From assembly GCA_963724765.1 (NCBI GenBank), contig CAVRVY010000002.1:96001-160000 (forward strand): a stretch of DNA of 64,000 nt, in the 5' to 3' direction. Under the pieces are notes generated by a model. The model saw only the letters and a list, made by a program, of their open reading frames with translations, made no database searches and was not told the DNA's origin. Below are positions 45,981-57,405 of the stretch, piece after piece. Within the stretch, counting starts at the first letter, position 1; every line of letters starts with the position of its first letter. The stretch comes from an uncultured delta proteobacterium (GTDB taxonomy: Bacteria > Desulfobacterota > Binatia > Binatales > Binataceae). Position numbers and translations under genes: made by a program.

Positions 45981-48587
45981 TCAACCACGTACAAGCGGCG
46001 ATACCATACTCGAGAGGGTTTCAATGAGTTCGGAGAGTTGGCCAACGTCGATGGGCTTCGCCAGGTATCCGTCGAATCCAACCTCGTCCGCGCGTTCGCG
46101 ATATTCCGGCCGAGCGTAACCTGTCAGCGCAACCAGCACTATGCCTCGGCCGTCAGGCATCGATCTGATGCGCCTGGCAACAGCGTAACCGTCCAGTCCC
46201 GGCAGGCCGATATCAACTAGTGCGACGTCGGGCCGGACAGCGACAGCCTTTTCAACGCCGCTTGGCCCGTCGGGAGCCTCGTATACATGGTGCCCCGACA
46301 ACTCCAGCCAGGCGCGCAGACTCTCGCGCACGTCGGCGTTGTCTTCAATGATCAAAATCCGGCGCGGCGCCTTAGCCGCATCCGGACCGCTTGAGAAATG
46401 TTCTATGGTCAACGCTGGTGCGGCGATGCTTGGCAAACGCACAATGAAGGTGCTGCCTTTACCCGGCCCTTCGCTGAAGGCTTCTGCCGTACCGCCATGT
46501 AGCTCCGCCAGGCGCCGGACCAGCGTCAGTCCAATACCCAAACCAGCGTGTGTGCGATCAAGATCAACCTCACCCTGAACGAAGAGATCGAAAATACGCG
46601 GAAGAAGACCTGCCGGAATACCTACCCCAGTATCCTTGACTCGGATAACGGCGTACTCATCTTCTGCCGCAGTGCTCACCAGTATGCTACCGCCAGAAGG
46701 AGAGTATTTTACCGCATTGGACACCAGGTTGATCACGATTTGCGCCAAACGATCGGGATCGCCATCGACCCACACAGGGGCTGCCTCGACAAGAATGTGC
46801 AGGTCTCCCAACTGCTTTGTCGCGGTCAACTGTTTGATACAGCCCGATATGCATTCTGCAATGTTTGTGGGCTGACGACGCAGATGGATCTTGCGTGTCG
46901 TCACGCGCGCGACGTCAAGCAGATCGTCCACAAGGCGCAAGAGTTGTTCAACTTGCCGGACAATGATGGCATGCGCTTGAGGCTCCAGGTCTCGCGGTCC
47001 GTCGGCGCGCGTGAGAAGATTCATCGCCATGGAGATGGCGGCCAGCGGGTTACGCAGTTCGTGCCCCAGCATCGCCAGGAATTCATCCTTCGCCTGATTG
47101 GCCGCTTCCGCGGCTTCCCGCGAGCTTCGTTCCCGCTCGAGCAGTTGCGTACGCTCGATGGCCAGGGCGGCGCGTTGAGCCACGCGGCGGATGAGATCGA
47201 GATCATCGACAGTAAATTCACGAAGCCGCGTCGAGCCAGCGTGAATGACACCGATCAGGCGGCCCTCGATCTTTAGCGGCGAACCAATGAGCGATTTAAC
47301 CTTCTGCCGAAGAAGCGGACTAACTGCATCGATGGCGGTCAGATCGTTGAAAATCAGGCCCTCCTCACTAGTCGCGATTCTTCCTGCGGCACCCTCTCCC
47401 AGTGGAATCTGAATATTCTCATTTAACTCTTCCCTGAGCCCGGCAGAGCTAAACGGAGAAAGATGTACGCCGTCCGGGCCCAAAAGCAGAACGGTTGCGG
47501 TGTCGGAGTCGAGCGCTGAGCGTAAGCGATCGAGTAGCTCATGCAGCAGCATTTCCCGGGTTTCCTGAAACAAGGCGACGTCGGTCACCATCTGGAGCCG
47601 GCGCAGCATCGACGACGCCTTTCTCGCCTCCGCTTGCGCCTCATCCAGCTTTGGGCGTTGCAAAACCTCGCTGGCCACAGCCAAGCTCATGAATCCGATC
47701 AATCCCACGAAAGTTTGTAAGAGTATGATCGCTTCGTCGCGAGTGCACTGGGCGAAAGGACCGAATCCGTGCAGCGTCCCGGCGAGGGCGAGGCCGGACA
47801 GTATAAGAGTCGTAGTAGCGGTCTCGCGAATGCCCAGACGAAATGCTGCCCAGAGCAGCAACGGCACAAAGAAGAAACTGAGCGGATATCGCTGAATAGT
47901 CACCGGCAGCCATCCGCCGAACACCAGACCCCCGATTACTGCCAGCGAAACCAGCAACAGTACCGCCTCCATTGCCTTGGCGCGGCTCCAATGCAGGCGA
48001 GGATTTGTACACCACAGAATAAGGAACGGAGCGACGACCATGTCGCCGGATGCATCGCCCGACCACCAGGTCAACCATATCCAGTGGTAATTGGACCAAC
48101 TCGCATATCCGCCCAAACAGAGGCTGGTAACCCCGATGGTAGCGGCTACCGTTGTGCTGACGATGACGGCCAGGAAAAAAAACTTGAAGACATTCTGAGT
48201 TCGGTAGAAGCTATTCCTCCCGCCGGCAAAACGATTTACTAGATATGCACCGACCAGTGCTTCCAGCGTGTTGCCGATAGCGATGCCGAGCGACGTTGTT
48301 AGTGAACCAGCCGTCGTAAGGTTGACCAGAAAGGCACCCGCAAAGACGCCCGGCCAAACCCAAGAGCCGAAAAGGAGAATTCCCGCCAGAGATATACCGG
48401 TCGGCGCCCATATAACGGTGGTGCTGGGATGAAACGTCGCAAAGCGCAGTCCGATTTTGCCCGCGATGAAATAGAAGACAGCTAGACTGATGAGGATCGC
48501 CAGACCCGTGGCAGTTTGAAAGTCAGCAAAGGCGGAAGCTCGCCACATCGGATGGACGTAGGCCTCAACTACCTCCGTCTCATCCAT
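45981..48587 (-). CDS. Hybrid histidine kinase (MASE1, GAF, HisKA, HATPase, REC)
   Basis: IWAPTG / WWSGD MASE1 TMs; GHELRNPL; NAVKY; GLGIGL; DIGLPG. Confidence 0.9.
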   Translation of the reverse strand: MDETEVVEAYVHPMWRASAFADFQTATGLAILISLAVFYFIAGKIGLRFATFHPSTTVIWAPTGISLAGILLFGSWVWPGVFAGAFLVNLTTAGSLTTSLGIAIGNTLEALVGAYLVNRFAGGRNSFYRTQNVFKFFFLAVIVSTTVAATIGVTSLCLGGYASWSNYHWIWLTWWSGDASGDMVVAPFLILWCTNPRLHWSRAKAMEAVLLLVSLAVIGGLVFGGWLPVTIQRYPLSFFFVPLLLWAAFRLGIRETATTTLILSGLALAGTLHGFGPFAQCTRDEAIILLQTFVGLIGFMSLAVASEVLQRPKLDEAQAEARKASSMLRRLQMVTDVALFQETREMLLHELLDRLRSALDSDTATVLLLGPDGVHLSPFSSAGLREELNENIQIPLGEGAAGRIATSEEGLIFNDLTAIDAVSPLLRQKVKSLIGSPLKIEGRLIGVIHAGSTRLREFTVDDLDLIRRVAQRAALAIERTQLLERERSSREAAEAANQAKDEFLAMLGHELRNPLAAISMAMNLLTRADGPRDLEPQAHAIIVRQVEQLLRLVDDLLDVARVTTRKIHLRRQPTNIAECISGCIKQLTATKQLGDLHILVEAAPVWVDGDPDRLAQIVINLVSNAVKYSPSGGSILVSTAAEDEYAVIRVKDTGVGIPAGLLPRIFDLFVQGEVDLDRTHAGLGIGLTLVRRLAELHGGTAEAFSEGPGKGSTFIVRLPSIAAPALTIEHFSSGPDAAKAPRRILIIEDNADVRESLRAWLELSGHHVYEAPDGPSGVEKAVAVRPDVALVDIGLPGLDGYAVARRIRSMPDGRGIVLVALTGYARPEYRERADEVGFDGYLAKPIDVGQLSELIETLSSMVSPLVRG

Positions 48588-48796
48588 TGCAAGTCGCTCG
48601 CGGCGCGTATCTAAAGGACGCCATTGTCGCTGACAAATTCATCCATTGTGGTCAATGCGCATAGCGCCGCACCGCGAAACAATGTACTCCGACGGTATCG
48701 ACGCGCAAAGCGGGAAACTGGCATGTTGCGCTCGCTTCAGGGGCACGATTAAGGAATATTCTGTCTGAGTTCCGGGGGCCGCCAGGAAAGCCTCTT

Positions 48797-50200
48797 ATGC
48801 AGAAGATCATCCACCTCAATGCGTTCAACCAGTGCGCGGCGGCGCTGCAATCGTTCGGACAGTTCCGCAACCCGCGCGACCGCACGTCGGAGCAATATAC
48901 CTCGACGCGTTTCTGGGTCGATCTCGCGCGCACGCTGGAGGCCGGATGCTTTGATTCGATTTTCTTCGCCGACGTCCACGGCGCCTACGACGTTTACAAG
49001 GGCAGCGCGGAGGCCGGGATTCGCCACGCCGTGCAATTTCCCGGCAACGATCCGACGATGCTGTTCCCCGCGATGGCGGAGGCCACGCGCCATCTCGGCT
49101 TCATCTCTACTTACAGCACGACCTACTATCCGCCGTTCCACACCGCCAAGCTCTTCTCCTCGCTCGACCATTTCACCGGCGGCCGCGTTGGATGGAATAT
49201 CGTGACCTCGTACCTGGACAGCGCTTGCCGCAACGGCCTGGGCGAGATGCTCCCGCACGACCAGCGCTACGAGCGCGCCGAGGAATACATGGAGGTGGCG
49301 TACAAGCTGTGGGAGGCGAGCTGGGAGGAGGACGCGATCGTACGCGACTCCGCCCGCGACATGCATACCGACCCTGCCCGCGTTCATGCGATCCATCACA
49401 AGGGCAAATATTTCGAGGTCGAGGGGCCGCACATGTGCGAGCCGTCGGCGCAGCGCACGCCGCTCTTGTTGCAGGCCGGTCAGTCGAGCCGCGGCGTCGC
49501 GTTCGGCGCGCGCCACGGAGAGGCGCTGTTCCTGGTCTATCCGACGATCGAGGTCACCCGGGCGCGCGTGGCGCGCATCCGCGCCGCCGTCCGCGAGCAG
49601 GGGCGCGAGCCCAGCCACGTCAAGCTGGTGCTGGCGCTGTCGGTCATCGTCGCGGAGACGGATGAGGAGGCGCGTCTGAAGGAGCATCGCCTGCGCTCGT
49701 ACGCCAGCCCCGAAGGCGCGTTCGCGCTGTTCGGCGGATGGACGGGCGTCGACTTGGCGCAATTCCGCGACGACGACGTGCTGGACCGTTTTCCTTCGGA
49801 GGGGATCAAGTCGGCCGCGCGATGGTTCTCGGCGGTGCATCCGGAGCGCTCGCCGCTCACGCTGGCCGAGGCGCGCGAGGAGATGAAACTCGCGAGTCTG
49901 ATGCCGCTCATCGTCGGTGAGCCTGCGCGCGTCGCTGACGAGATCGAGCGTTGGGTCGACGAAACCGGGATCGACGGCATCAACCTGGTGCCGATCTACC
50001 AGCCCGGCAGCTTCACCGAGTTCATCGAACTGGTGGTGCCCGAGTTGCAGCGCCGCGGCCGCGTGCGCACCGGCTACGACGGCGCCACGCTGCGCGAGAA
50101 CCTGTTCGGAGGAGGCCATCAACGCCTGTTGCCCGACCATCCGGCCTATCGAATCGCCGGGGTCGTCGCCCAGCGCCCAATCCGCGCCGCGAACGCCTAA
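48797..50200 (+). CDS. NtaA/DmoA/DszA-family FMN-dependent monooxygenase
   Basis: HLNAF, FFADV, GRVGWNIVTS, QRTPLLLQAG.S, TLRENL. Confidence 0.9.
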   Translation: MQKIIHLNAFNQCAAALQSFGQFRNPRDRTSEQYTSTRFWVDLARTLEAGCFDSIFFADVHGAYDVYKGSAEAGIRHAVQFPGNDPTMLFPAMAEATRHLGFISTYSTTYYPPFHTAKLFSSLDHFTGGRVGWNIVTSYLDSACRNGLGEMLPHDQRYERAEEYMEVAYKLWEASWEEDAIVRDSARDMHTDPARVHAIHHKGKYFEVEGPHMCEPSAQRTPLLLQAGQSSRGVAFGARHGEALFLVYPTIEVTRARVARIRAAVREQGREPSHVKLVLALSVIVAETDEEARLKEHRLRSYASPEGAFALFGGWTGVDLAQFRDDDVLDRFPSEGIKSAARWFSAVHPERSPLTLAEAREEMKLASLMPLIVGEPARVADEIERWVDETGIDGINLVPIYQPGSFTEFIELVVPELQRRGRVRTGYDGATLRENLFGGGHQRLLPDHPAYRIAGVVAQRPIRAANA

Positions 50201-51266
50201 CAGCGGCGCAGCCAGATCTCGCGCCAGTAGTGATAGTTGCCGCGCGCGCAGAATGAGCGCTGTCCGTGGCAATGCACGGAGGTCAGTATGATGCACTCGT
50301 TGCGAAACTCGCGCATCATGCCGGTGCGTTCGTCTATTCGCCGTTCCATCCGCGCGAACACTGGAAACTTGCGCCCGCAGAACTGAAACATCTCGGCCTT
50401 GAATTCCATCCCGCGGTTGCAGGCATTGCGATCGAGCGTGCGCAGTATCTCGAGCGCGCTGCGCACCTGCACCCATTCTCCAACCTGCAGATCCAGGCGT
50501 TGCGAAGGCGTTTTCTTGTAGCGCTCGGCATTCCACGGCGTTCGAGCCCAGGCGGTGAACGCGGACAGGATCACTTTTCCTCGCGCGTAAGCCCACAGGA
50601 CCCGCAGTTCGCCAGGCCCGATCTTCGCCGACCCACAGTCGCGGACGACTCCGGCCAGGTAGTTCGCGGTACAGCCGAGCAAGATGGGGCAGCTGGCTGA
50701 ATTCAACTCGGTCGCCTGGCAGATAAGTTTTCTATCCGGCCGCTCCACCGTGTGGCTCGGGCGCTCGCGATCCGTCACCTGACCATTGGGGTTGGGCTTC
50801 GCTGATTCGTTCGAAGCGGAAGCCTGCCCGCCTTGTGCGGCGCGATGCGCACTTCCATTGCTGCTTTCGCTTACGCGCCGGAGCCAGGCCTCCTTCCAGA
50901 ACAGCAAGCACGCAGCCTGGCAGGCGTAGTGGGCGGAGCCGTCACAGCGCAGTGCCTCAAGATGAACCGTGTTTTCTATTCGCCGCGGCTGCCCGCCGGC
51001 GCAACTGCTGTCGGCCCGTCGCGCCACGCGAAAACGCCGCCGCAGTACTTCTGCATCTCCGACATGAACGGAAGGCCGTCCAGTTTGCCGTCGGCATCGA
51101 GGATTATTTCCGCCGCGCCTCGGACTTCAACAAGCTCGCCGGGTTTCAGGTCAAGTACTTCGGTGGGGCCAGATTGAGGGCCGGAAGCCGCATTCGCGAG
51201 GGCATAGATGTCGTTATCAGGCGGACTTTGAAGGTCAGGAAAGCGTTTTGCCGCAACGTTCACCAC
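50197..51266 (-). pseudogene. Frameshifted Cys-rich protein with two internally repeated domains
   Basis: LKPGELVEVR..GLPFMSEMQKYCG and LQVGEWVQVR..GMEFKAEMFQFCG repeats; adding one base near 51040 joins the two ORFs (CG-RRFRVARRAD). Confidence 0.7.
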
Positions 51267-51281
51267 ATTTTGCCAGAACTA

Positions 51282-51297
51282 AGCAATAAATATGCCT
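51282..51297 (-). promoter_or_regulatory. Candidate sigma54 promoter
   Basis: Minus strand AGGCATATTTATTGCT, GG-N10-GC, in an AT-rich intergenic region. Confidence 0.5.
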
Positions 51298-51547
51298 GCG
51301 GCAATTATTGATAGTCTGTATATAATTAATCAGTTAATATGACCAAATTGACATCCTCAGCACCTCTAATTGGATATAAAAAGTTATAATGGGATAATCT
51401 AGTCGAAAAACTTACACTGTCGGCAAAAACGTTTTGTAACACTCGGAACATTTTCCGCGAGCGCAGCCAGCATTTTGGTCCAGCCAGCTGTAACAGTTAA
51501 ACGCGAATGAAGGTCAGCAAGTTCCCGATCGCCTAACTAGGCGGCAG

Positions 51548-52186
51548 TTAGGCGAGAGGAATTTCTTCGCGGCGAGTACTTTGCGAGCCGCTGGTCGGAC
51601 AGGTGAACGCGTATGCTACCCTGATTACCTTCCGCGTCTGCGCGCTGAACAGCACCATCATCACGATGCATGGCTCTATCTGGCCCTGGAGTTCGATCAC
51701 CCGTTCGTCATGCCCGGTGTCCTTGAGTTTGGGATATCGCTTGTGGATGACCTCCGGGTCGAGGCCGGCGAGCGGTGAATGGGCGTCCTCGATAATCACA
51801 AGCTTGTCGTTGTCGTCGAAGAAGAGCGCGTAACCGGTTTCGGGCGGGTTATAGACGGTCGCCGGCTCGGGCTGGATCTTGCCGATTTTTACCTCCGGGA
51901 AGCCAGCCGGCGGTCGCGGATTGCCTGGATAGTCCTGCGGCGCGGCCGGGAACAGCTTGACTACGTCGGCGAGCGCGCTGAGCCCGAGCACCAGGTCGCC
52001 AATCTTTTTTCCGCTCCGCAGCACGGCCGGAAAGTGAAACGGCTCGGCCGCAAGTGCGGGTGGCACCGCGAATGCCGGTACGATGAAGGCAAGTATGATG
52101 ACCGCAAGTATCGGGAGCGGCGCGAGCGCGATTGGCGCGGTTCGCAGCCGGCGGCCCGAGAGACGCCCGCTATTTGCTTGTTTCAT
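51548..52186 (-). CDS. Hypothetical exported protein
   Basis: Hydrophobic signal ending ALA; host-like codon usage; no family recognised. Confidence 0.7.
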   Translation of the reverse strand: MKQANSGRLSGRRLRTAPIALAPLPILAVIILAFIVPAFAVPPALAAEPFHFPAVLRSGKKIGDLVLGLSALADVVKLFPAAPQDYPGNPRPPAGFPEVKIGKIQPEPATVYNPPETGYALFFDDNDKLVIIEDAHSPLAGLDPEVIHKRYPKLKDTGHDERVIELQGQIEPCIVMMVLFSAQTRKVIRVAYAFTCPTSGSQSTRREEIPLA

Positions 52187-52227
52187 TTTCGGTATCCATT
52201 CAATCGCACAGACCAGTTCCCTTTGGA

Positions 52228-52290
52228 TGTAAGGGCCGTTAGGGAACGCCCTCTACAATCCGGCAGGGCTGCGCTTAGGCGGCCCCTACA
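52228..52290. repeat. Two degenerate GTAG-type REP-like palindromes
   Basis: GTAAGGGCCGTT...AACGCCCTCTAC and GCAGGGCTGC...GCGGCCCCTAC. Confidence 0.4.
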
Positions 52291-52324
52291 GTTCATGTGG
52301 CCGTCTGCGTTAGAATAACCCTAC

Positions 52325-55021
52325 ATGCGCTGGACCACAGACAAAATCCGTCAATCGTTCCTCGATTTCTTCAAGGAACGCGGCCATCAGATCGTGCCCT
52401 CGGCATCGCTGGTGCCCAAGGGAGACCCGACGCTGCTGTTCACCAACGCCGGGATGGTCCCGTTCAAGGATTATTTTCTCGGTATCCGCACGCCCACGGC
52501 GGCACGCGTCGCCGATTGCCAGAAGTGCCTCCGGATTTCCGGCAAGCACAACGACCTCGAAGCGGTCGGCCGCGATTCGTACCATCACACGTTCTTCGAG
52601 ATGCTCGGCAACTGGTCGTTCGGCGACTACTACAAGCGCGAGGCGATCGAATTCCACTGGAAGCTAATCAACGAAGTCTGGGGCATCTCCGCGGACCGTC
52701 TCTGGGCGACCGTCTATAAGGACGACGACGAGGCCGAACAGGCGTGGCTCGAACTGGGATATCTGCCGCGCGACCGCGTCCTGCGCTGTGGCGAGAAGGA
52801 CAATTTCTGGGAGATGGGCGAGACCGGGCCCTGCGGCCCGTGCTCGGAGATTCATATCGATCGCGGCGCGGACGCGTGCGACACGAGCGGTCACGCGAAT
52901 CAGGCCGAGCAATGTGCGGTCAACGTCGAGGGATGTTCGCGGTTTATCGAACTGGCGAATCTCGTGTTCATCCAGTTCAACCGCGATGCGACGAGGAAGC
53001 TCACGCCGCTGCCGATGAAGCACGTCGACACCGGCACCGGGCTCGAGCGCGTCGCCGCGGTATTGCAGAGTCTGGAGACCGGCCGCGTCCTCGGCAATTA
53101 CGACATCGACGTGTTTGCGAAGATCATCAAATCGATTGAAGAGGTCTCATCTGAGGCACGAATAAAGGCTCCCTTGTCCCCGACCCCGACGCCCTCGCAC
53201 TACGGTGACTCGTCTGAAAAGGACATTTCGTTTCGTGCGATCGCTGACCACGCTCGTGCAATTAGCTTCCTGATCGCCGAAGGCCTGAATCCCGGAAACA
53301 CGGACCGGGAGTACGTTCTTCGACGTTTGATCCGAAGGGCTGCGCGTCATGGACGGTACCTCGGAATCAAGAAGCCGTTTCTAGCATGGGTTTGCGAGGG
53401 TGTTCGCGAGGCCATGAGCAGAGCCTACGACGAGCTTAATACCCAAGCCTCCCGCATCCAGAACGTCGTAACCCAGGAAGAGGAGCGCTTCGGCGAAACG
53501 CTAGATCGTGGACTCGAACTCATCGAGACCGAGCGCGCGCGGCTCAAGCAAGCGAATGGCCATATGCTCTCCGGCGAGGTCGCCTTTAAGCTTTACGACA
53601 CGTATGGGTTTCCGCTCGATCTGACACAGGACGTGTTGCGCAACGATGGAATCGAGGTTGATGTCGCGGGCTTCGATCGCCTGATGGAAGAGCAGCGCGA
53701 GCGTGGACGCGCCGCGCGCAAAGACGACACGATTGCCCCCGAAATAGTAAAACTCGGGGCCGGCGCTGCTTCGCGGTTCGTCGGACACCATCGCTACGAC
53801 GCCGAGTCCGAAGTGCTCGCGGCCCATCGCGACGGCGACAACCGCGTCCTCATCGTGACCGCCGAAACGCCCTTCTACCCCGAGGGTGGCGGTCAGATCG
53901 GCGACCGCGGCGTAATCGAATCCGCAACCGGCGCAATCCTCGAGGTCGTCGACACGCGCAAGGCCGACGGCTCGATTCTCCATATCGGTCGGCTGCTGCG
54001 CGGCGAGCCAGGCGATTTCGAGCGCGGGCGGCGCGTCAAGCTGAGCGTCGATCGGGCGCGGCGCGACGCCGCGATGCTCAATCATTCCGCGACGCACATC
54101 CTGCACTACGCGCTGCGTGACGTGCTCGGCACGGGAGTCCATCAGGCGGGTTCGCTGGTCGCCCCCGATCGCCTGCGCTTCGATTTCGCGCACGCCGGAC
54201 CGGTGGGCGAGGGCGATCTCGCGACGATCGAAGAGGAGATCAACGCGCGTATCCGCGAAAACGCCGAGGTCGCGACCGAAGAGATGGCCTACGACGACGC
54301 GATCAAGGCCGGCGCGCTCGCGTTCTTCGGCGACAAGTACGGCGATGTCGTGCGCGTAGTGCGGATGGGCGATTTCTCGGTCGAACTTTGCGGTGGCACT
54401 CACGTCGGACGCACAGGCGATATCGGAGTTTTCAAGTTCGAGGCCGAATCGGGCGTCGCCGCCGGCGTGCGCCGAATCGAAGCCGCGACGGGGCAGGGCG
54501 CGCTGGAGGCGATTCGCCGCCGCGAGCGAATACTCGAGACGATCGGCGGCCATCTGGGGGCCCGCGATGACGCGGCGGTCGAGCGCCTGGAGCGGCTGCT
54601 CGCGCGCGAGAAGGAGCTTGAGAAACAGCTCCGCGCGCTCGAACAGAAGCTGGTCGCGGGCGATGGCGCAACGGGCGGCGCGGATGCCGAGAAGGTCCGC
54701 GAGGCCGGCGGCGTGAAAGTCGTCACGCGGCACGTCGAAGGCGTCGACCCGCGCGCGCTGCGCGAGATGGCCGACCGGATGCGCCAGAAATATGGCTCCG
54801 CGGTGGTGGCGATCGGCTCGGTGGTCGACGGCAAGGTCGCAATCCTGGTCGCGGTCACACCCGACCTGACCGGCCGAATCAAGGCCGGCGATATCGTGAA
54901 GCAGATTGCTCCGATCGTCGGCGGCACGGGCGGCGGACGGCCGGACTTTGCGCAGGCGGGAGGCCGCGACGCCTCGCGGCTCGACGAGGCGCTGGAACGA
55001 GTCACCGCGCTGGTCGCGTGA
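52325..55021 (+). CDS. alaS: Alanine--tRNA ligase
   Basis: LLFTNAGM, FFEMLGNWSFGDY, YDTYGFP, HSATH, ELCGGTH, GGGRPDFAQAGG. Confidence 0.98.
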   Translation: MRWTTDKIRQSFLDFFKERGHQIVPSASLVPKGDPTLLFTNAGMVPFKDYFLGIRTPTAARVADCQKCLRISGKHNDLEAVGRDSYHHTFFEMLGNWSFGDYYKREAIEFHWKLINEVWGISADRLWATVYKDDDEAEQAWLELGYLPRDRVLRCGEKDNFWEMGETGPCGPCSEIHIDRGADACDTSGHANQAEQCAVNVEGCSRFIELANLVFIQFNRDATRKLTPLPMKHVDTGTGLERVAAVLQSLETGRVLGNYDIDVFAKIIKSIEEVSSEARIKAPLSPTPTPSHYGDSSEKDISFRAIADHARAISFLIAEGLNPGNTDREYVLRRLIRRAARHGRYLGIKKPFLAWVCEGVREAMSRAYDELNTQASRIQNVVTQEEERFGETLDRGLELIETERARLKQANGHMLSGEVAFKLYDTYGFPLDLTQDVLRNDGIEVDVAGFDRLMEEQRERGRAARKDDTIAPEIVKLGAGAASRFVGHHRYDAESEVLAAHRDGDNRVLIVTAETPFYPEGGGQIGDRGVIESATGAILEVVDTRKADGSILHIGRLLRGEPGDFERGRRVKLSVDRARRDAAMLNHSATHILHYALRDVLGTGVHQAGSLVAPDRLRFDFAHAGPVGEGDLATIEEEINARIRENAEVATEEMAYDDAIKAGALAFFGDKYGDVVRVVRMGDFSVELCGGTHVGRTGDIGVFKFEAESGVAAGVRRIEAATGQGALEAIRRRERILETIGGHLGARDDAAVERLERLLAREKELEKQLRALEQKLVAGDGATGGADAEKVREAGGVKVVTRHVEGVDPRALREMADRMRQKYGSAVVAIGSVVDGKVAILVAVTPDLTGRIKAGDIVKQIAPIVGGTGGGRPDFAQAGGRDASRLDEALERVTALVA

Positions 55022-55177
55022 CATCCTTAAACCGCGCACGCTTAATTTGCGCGTCACAAAGCCGGGCTTTAAAAGTGAGCGCGAAAAGAGCTACGATCCT
55101 CGCAACGCGGCGGAACATGCGGCTCGATTTCAGGAGTCCGCGTCCCGCGAATAGACGTCACGAGGCTTAGCAACACC

Positions 55178-56194
<1,017 letters not shown>

Positions 56195-56197
56195 GCG

Positions 56198-56857
56198 GTG
56201 GCGGTCGCGCTGCGATGCGAGACCGGCCGCGGGCGGCCGTACGCGGCGCGATTGCGCGCCGACGCGCGCCGCCTGATGGCGCTCGTCGGGCTTGCGGCGT
56301 GCGAGCTTTCGATAGTGCTCGCTGACGACGGCTTCGTTCATGCGCTCAACCGCGAGTTTCGCGGCAAGGATCGGCCAACCGACGTGCTGTCGTTCTCGCA
56401 ACTGGAGGAAATGCTACCCCAGGAAGTGTTTCCCGAGGACGCGCACCCGGGGCAGCGCCGCGCGGCGAAGCCGCGCGGCGCTGCCCCGGGCCTCGCCGCG
56501 GGGCGGCGGCGGCGCGGGGCTCCGCCCGCGACGGCGCCCGGTCTGCTCCCGCAACCGGCACGAGCGTATCCGCTTGTGCCGGCCGCGGGGACGGCGCTCG
56601 GCGACGTCGTGATTTCGCTGGACACCGCGCGCCGTCAGGCGCGACGCCTCGGTGTCGCGCCGGCGGCGCGGATGCGCACGCTGCTGGTGCACGGATTGCT
56701 GCATCTGCTGGGCTACGACCACGAGCGCTCGCCGGCCGAAGCGCGGCGGATGTTCGCGCGCGAGCGCGAACTGGCCGCGGCGCTGCGGCGCGAGAAACCG
56801 CCGACGCCGGCGCGCTCAGCGCGCTCGGCGCGCGGCGATGGAGATGCAAAGCGATGA
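56198..56857 (+). CDS. ybeY: rRNA maturation RNase YbeY with a roughly 50-aa insertion
   Basis: LNREFRGKDRPTDVLSF, LGDVVIS, HGLLHLLGYDH. Confidence 0.92.
   Translation: MAVALRCETGRGRPYAARLRADARRLMALVGLAACELSIVLADDGFVHALNREFRGKDRPTDVLSFSQLEEMLPQEVFPEDAHPGQRRAAKPRGAAPGLAAGRRRRGAPPATAPGLLPQPARAYPLVPAAGTALGDVVISLDTARRQARRLGVAPAARMRTLLVHGLLHLLGYDHERSPAEARRMFARERELAAALRREKPPTPARSARSARGDGDAKR
56446..56582. repeat. In-frame palindrome cluster inside ybeY
   Basis: Perfect 21-bp inverted repeat 56446-56490 (loop GAA); 12-bp stem 56555-56582. Confidence 0.9.
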
Positions 56858-57405
56858 CCGCGCAGCGCCTGAAAATGCCGACGGCCGCGATGCTCACGCA
56901 TTTCACGCGCGCCGGAAAAACGGCGTCCGCGCTCGACAACCTGGTTACGATCCTGCGCGAGGGAACCATCCGGGGGTCGGCCCGGATGGTGCGCGAGGGG
57001 CGCGCCGTCGTTTGCCTGTTCGACGTACCGGTCCGCGATTTGCGGGTTGTGCTTGACCGGCGCAACCGGCGTCGCTATGAGCCTTTCGGGATCGCTATTG
57101 AGAAACGGTATGCTTTCCGGATGGGAGCGCGGCCGGTCATCTATATGCCGTGGCCGGAGGCCGAAAGTTTGCTCGCGCCGGGTGAGCGATGGCGTGTGGT
57201 GGCGCTTGAACTTGAGCGGGATGAACCGATCGATTGGAGCTATGAGCGCGAGTGGCGGCTTGCAGGCGACCTCGCTTTGCCGGTCGGCCGCGCGGTTGCG
57301 CTGGTCGAGAGCTGGCGCGACGCCGACGAAATCTATGATCGCTTCCAGGGCCAGCCGCCATGCGCAGGAGTGATACCGCTTCGCGAGCTGTTTGGGACGT
57401 CTTGA
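56854..57405 (+). CDS. AbiGi/DUF2743-like protein (ADP-ribosyltransferase-like motifs)
   Basis: LTHFTR, ILREG, VCLFDVP, YEPFGIAIEK..GARPVIY, WSYEREWR. Confidence 0.6.
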   Translation: MTAQRLKMPTAAMLTHFTRAGKTASALDNLVTILREGTIRGSARMVREGRAVVCLFDVPVRDLRVVLDRRNRRRYEPFGIAIEKRYAFRMGARPVIYMPWPEAESLLAPGERWRVVALELERDEPIDWSYEREWRLAGDLALPVGRAVALVESWRDADEIYDRFQGQPPCAGVIPLRELFGTS

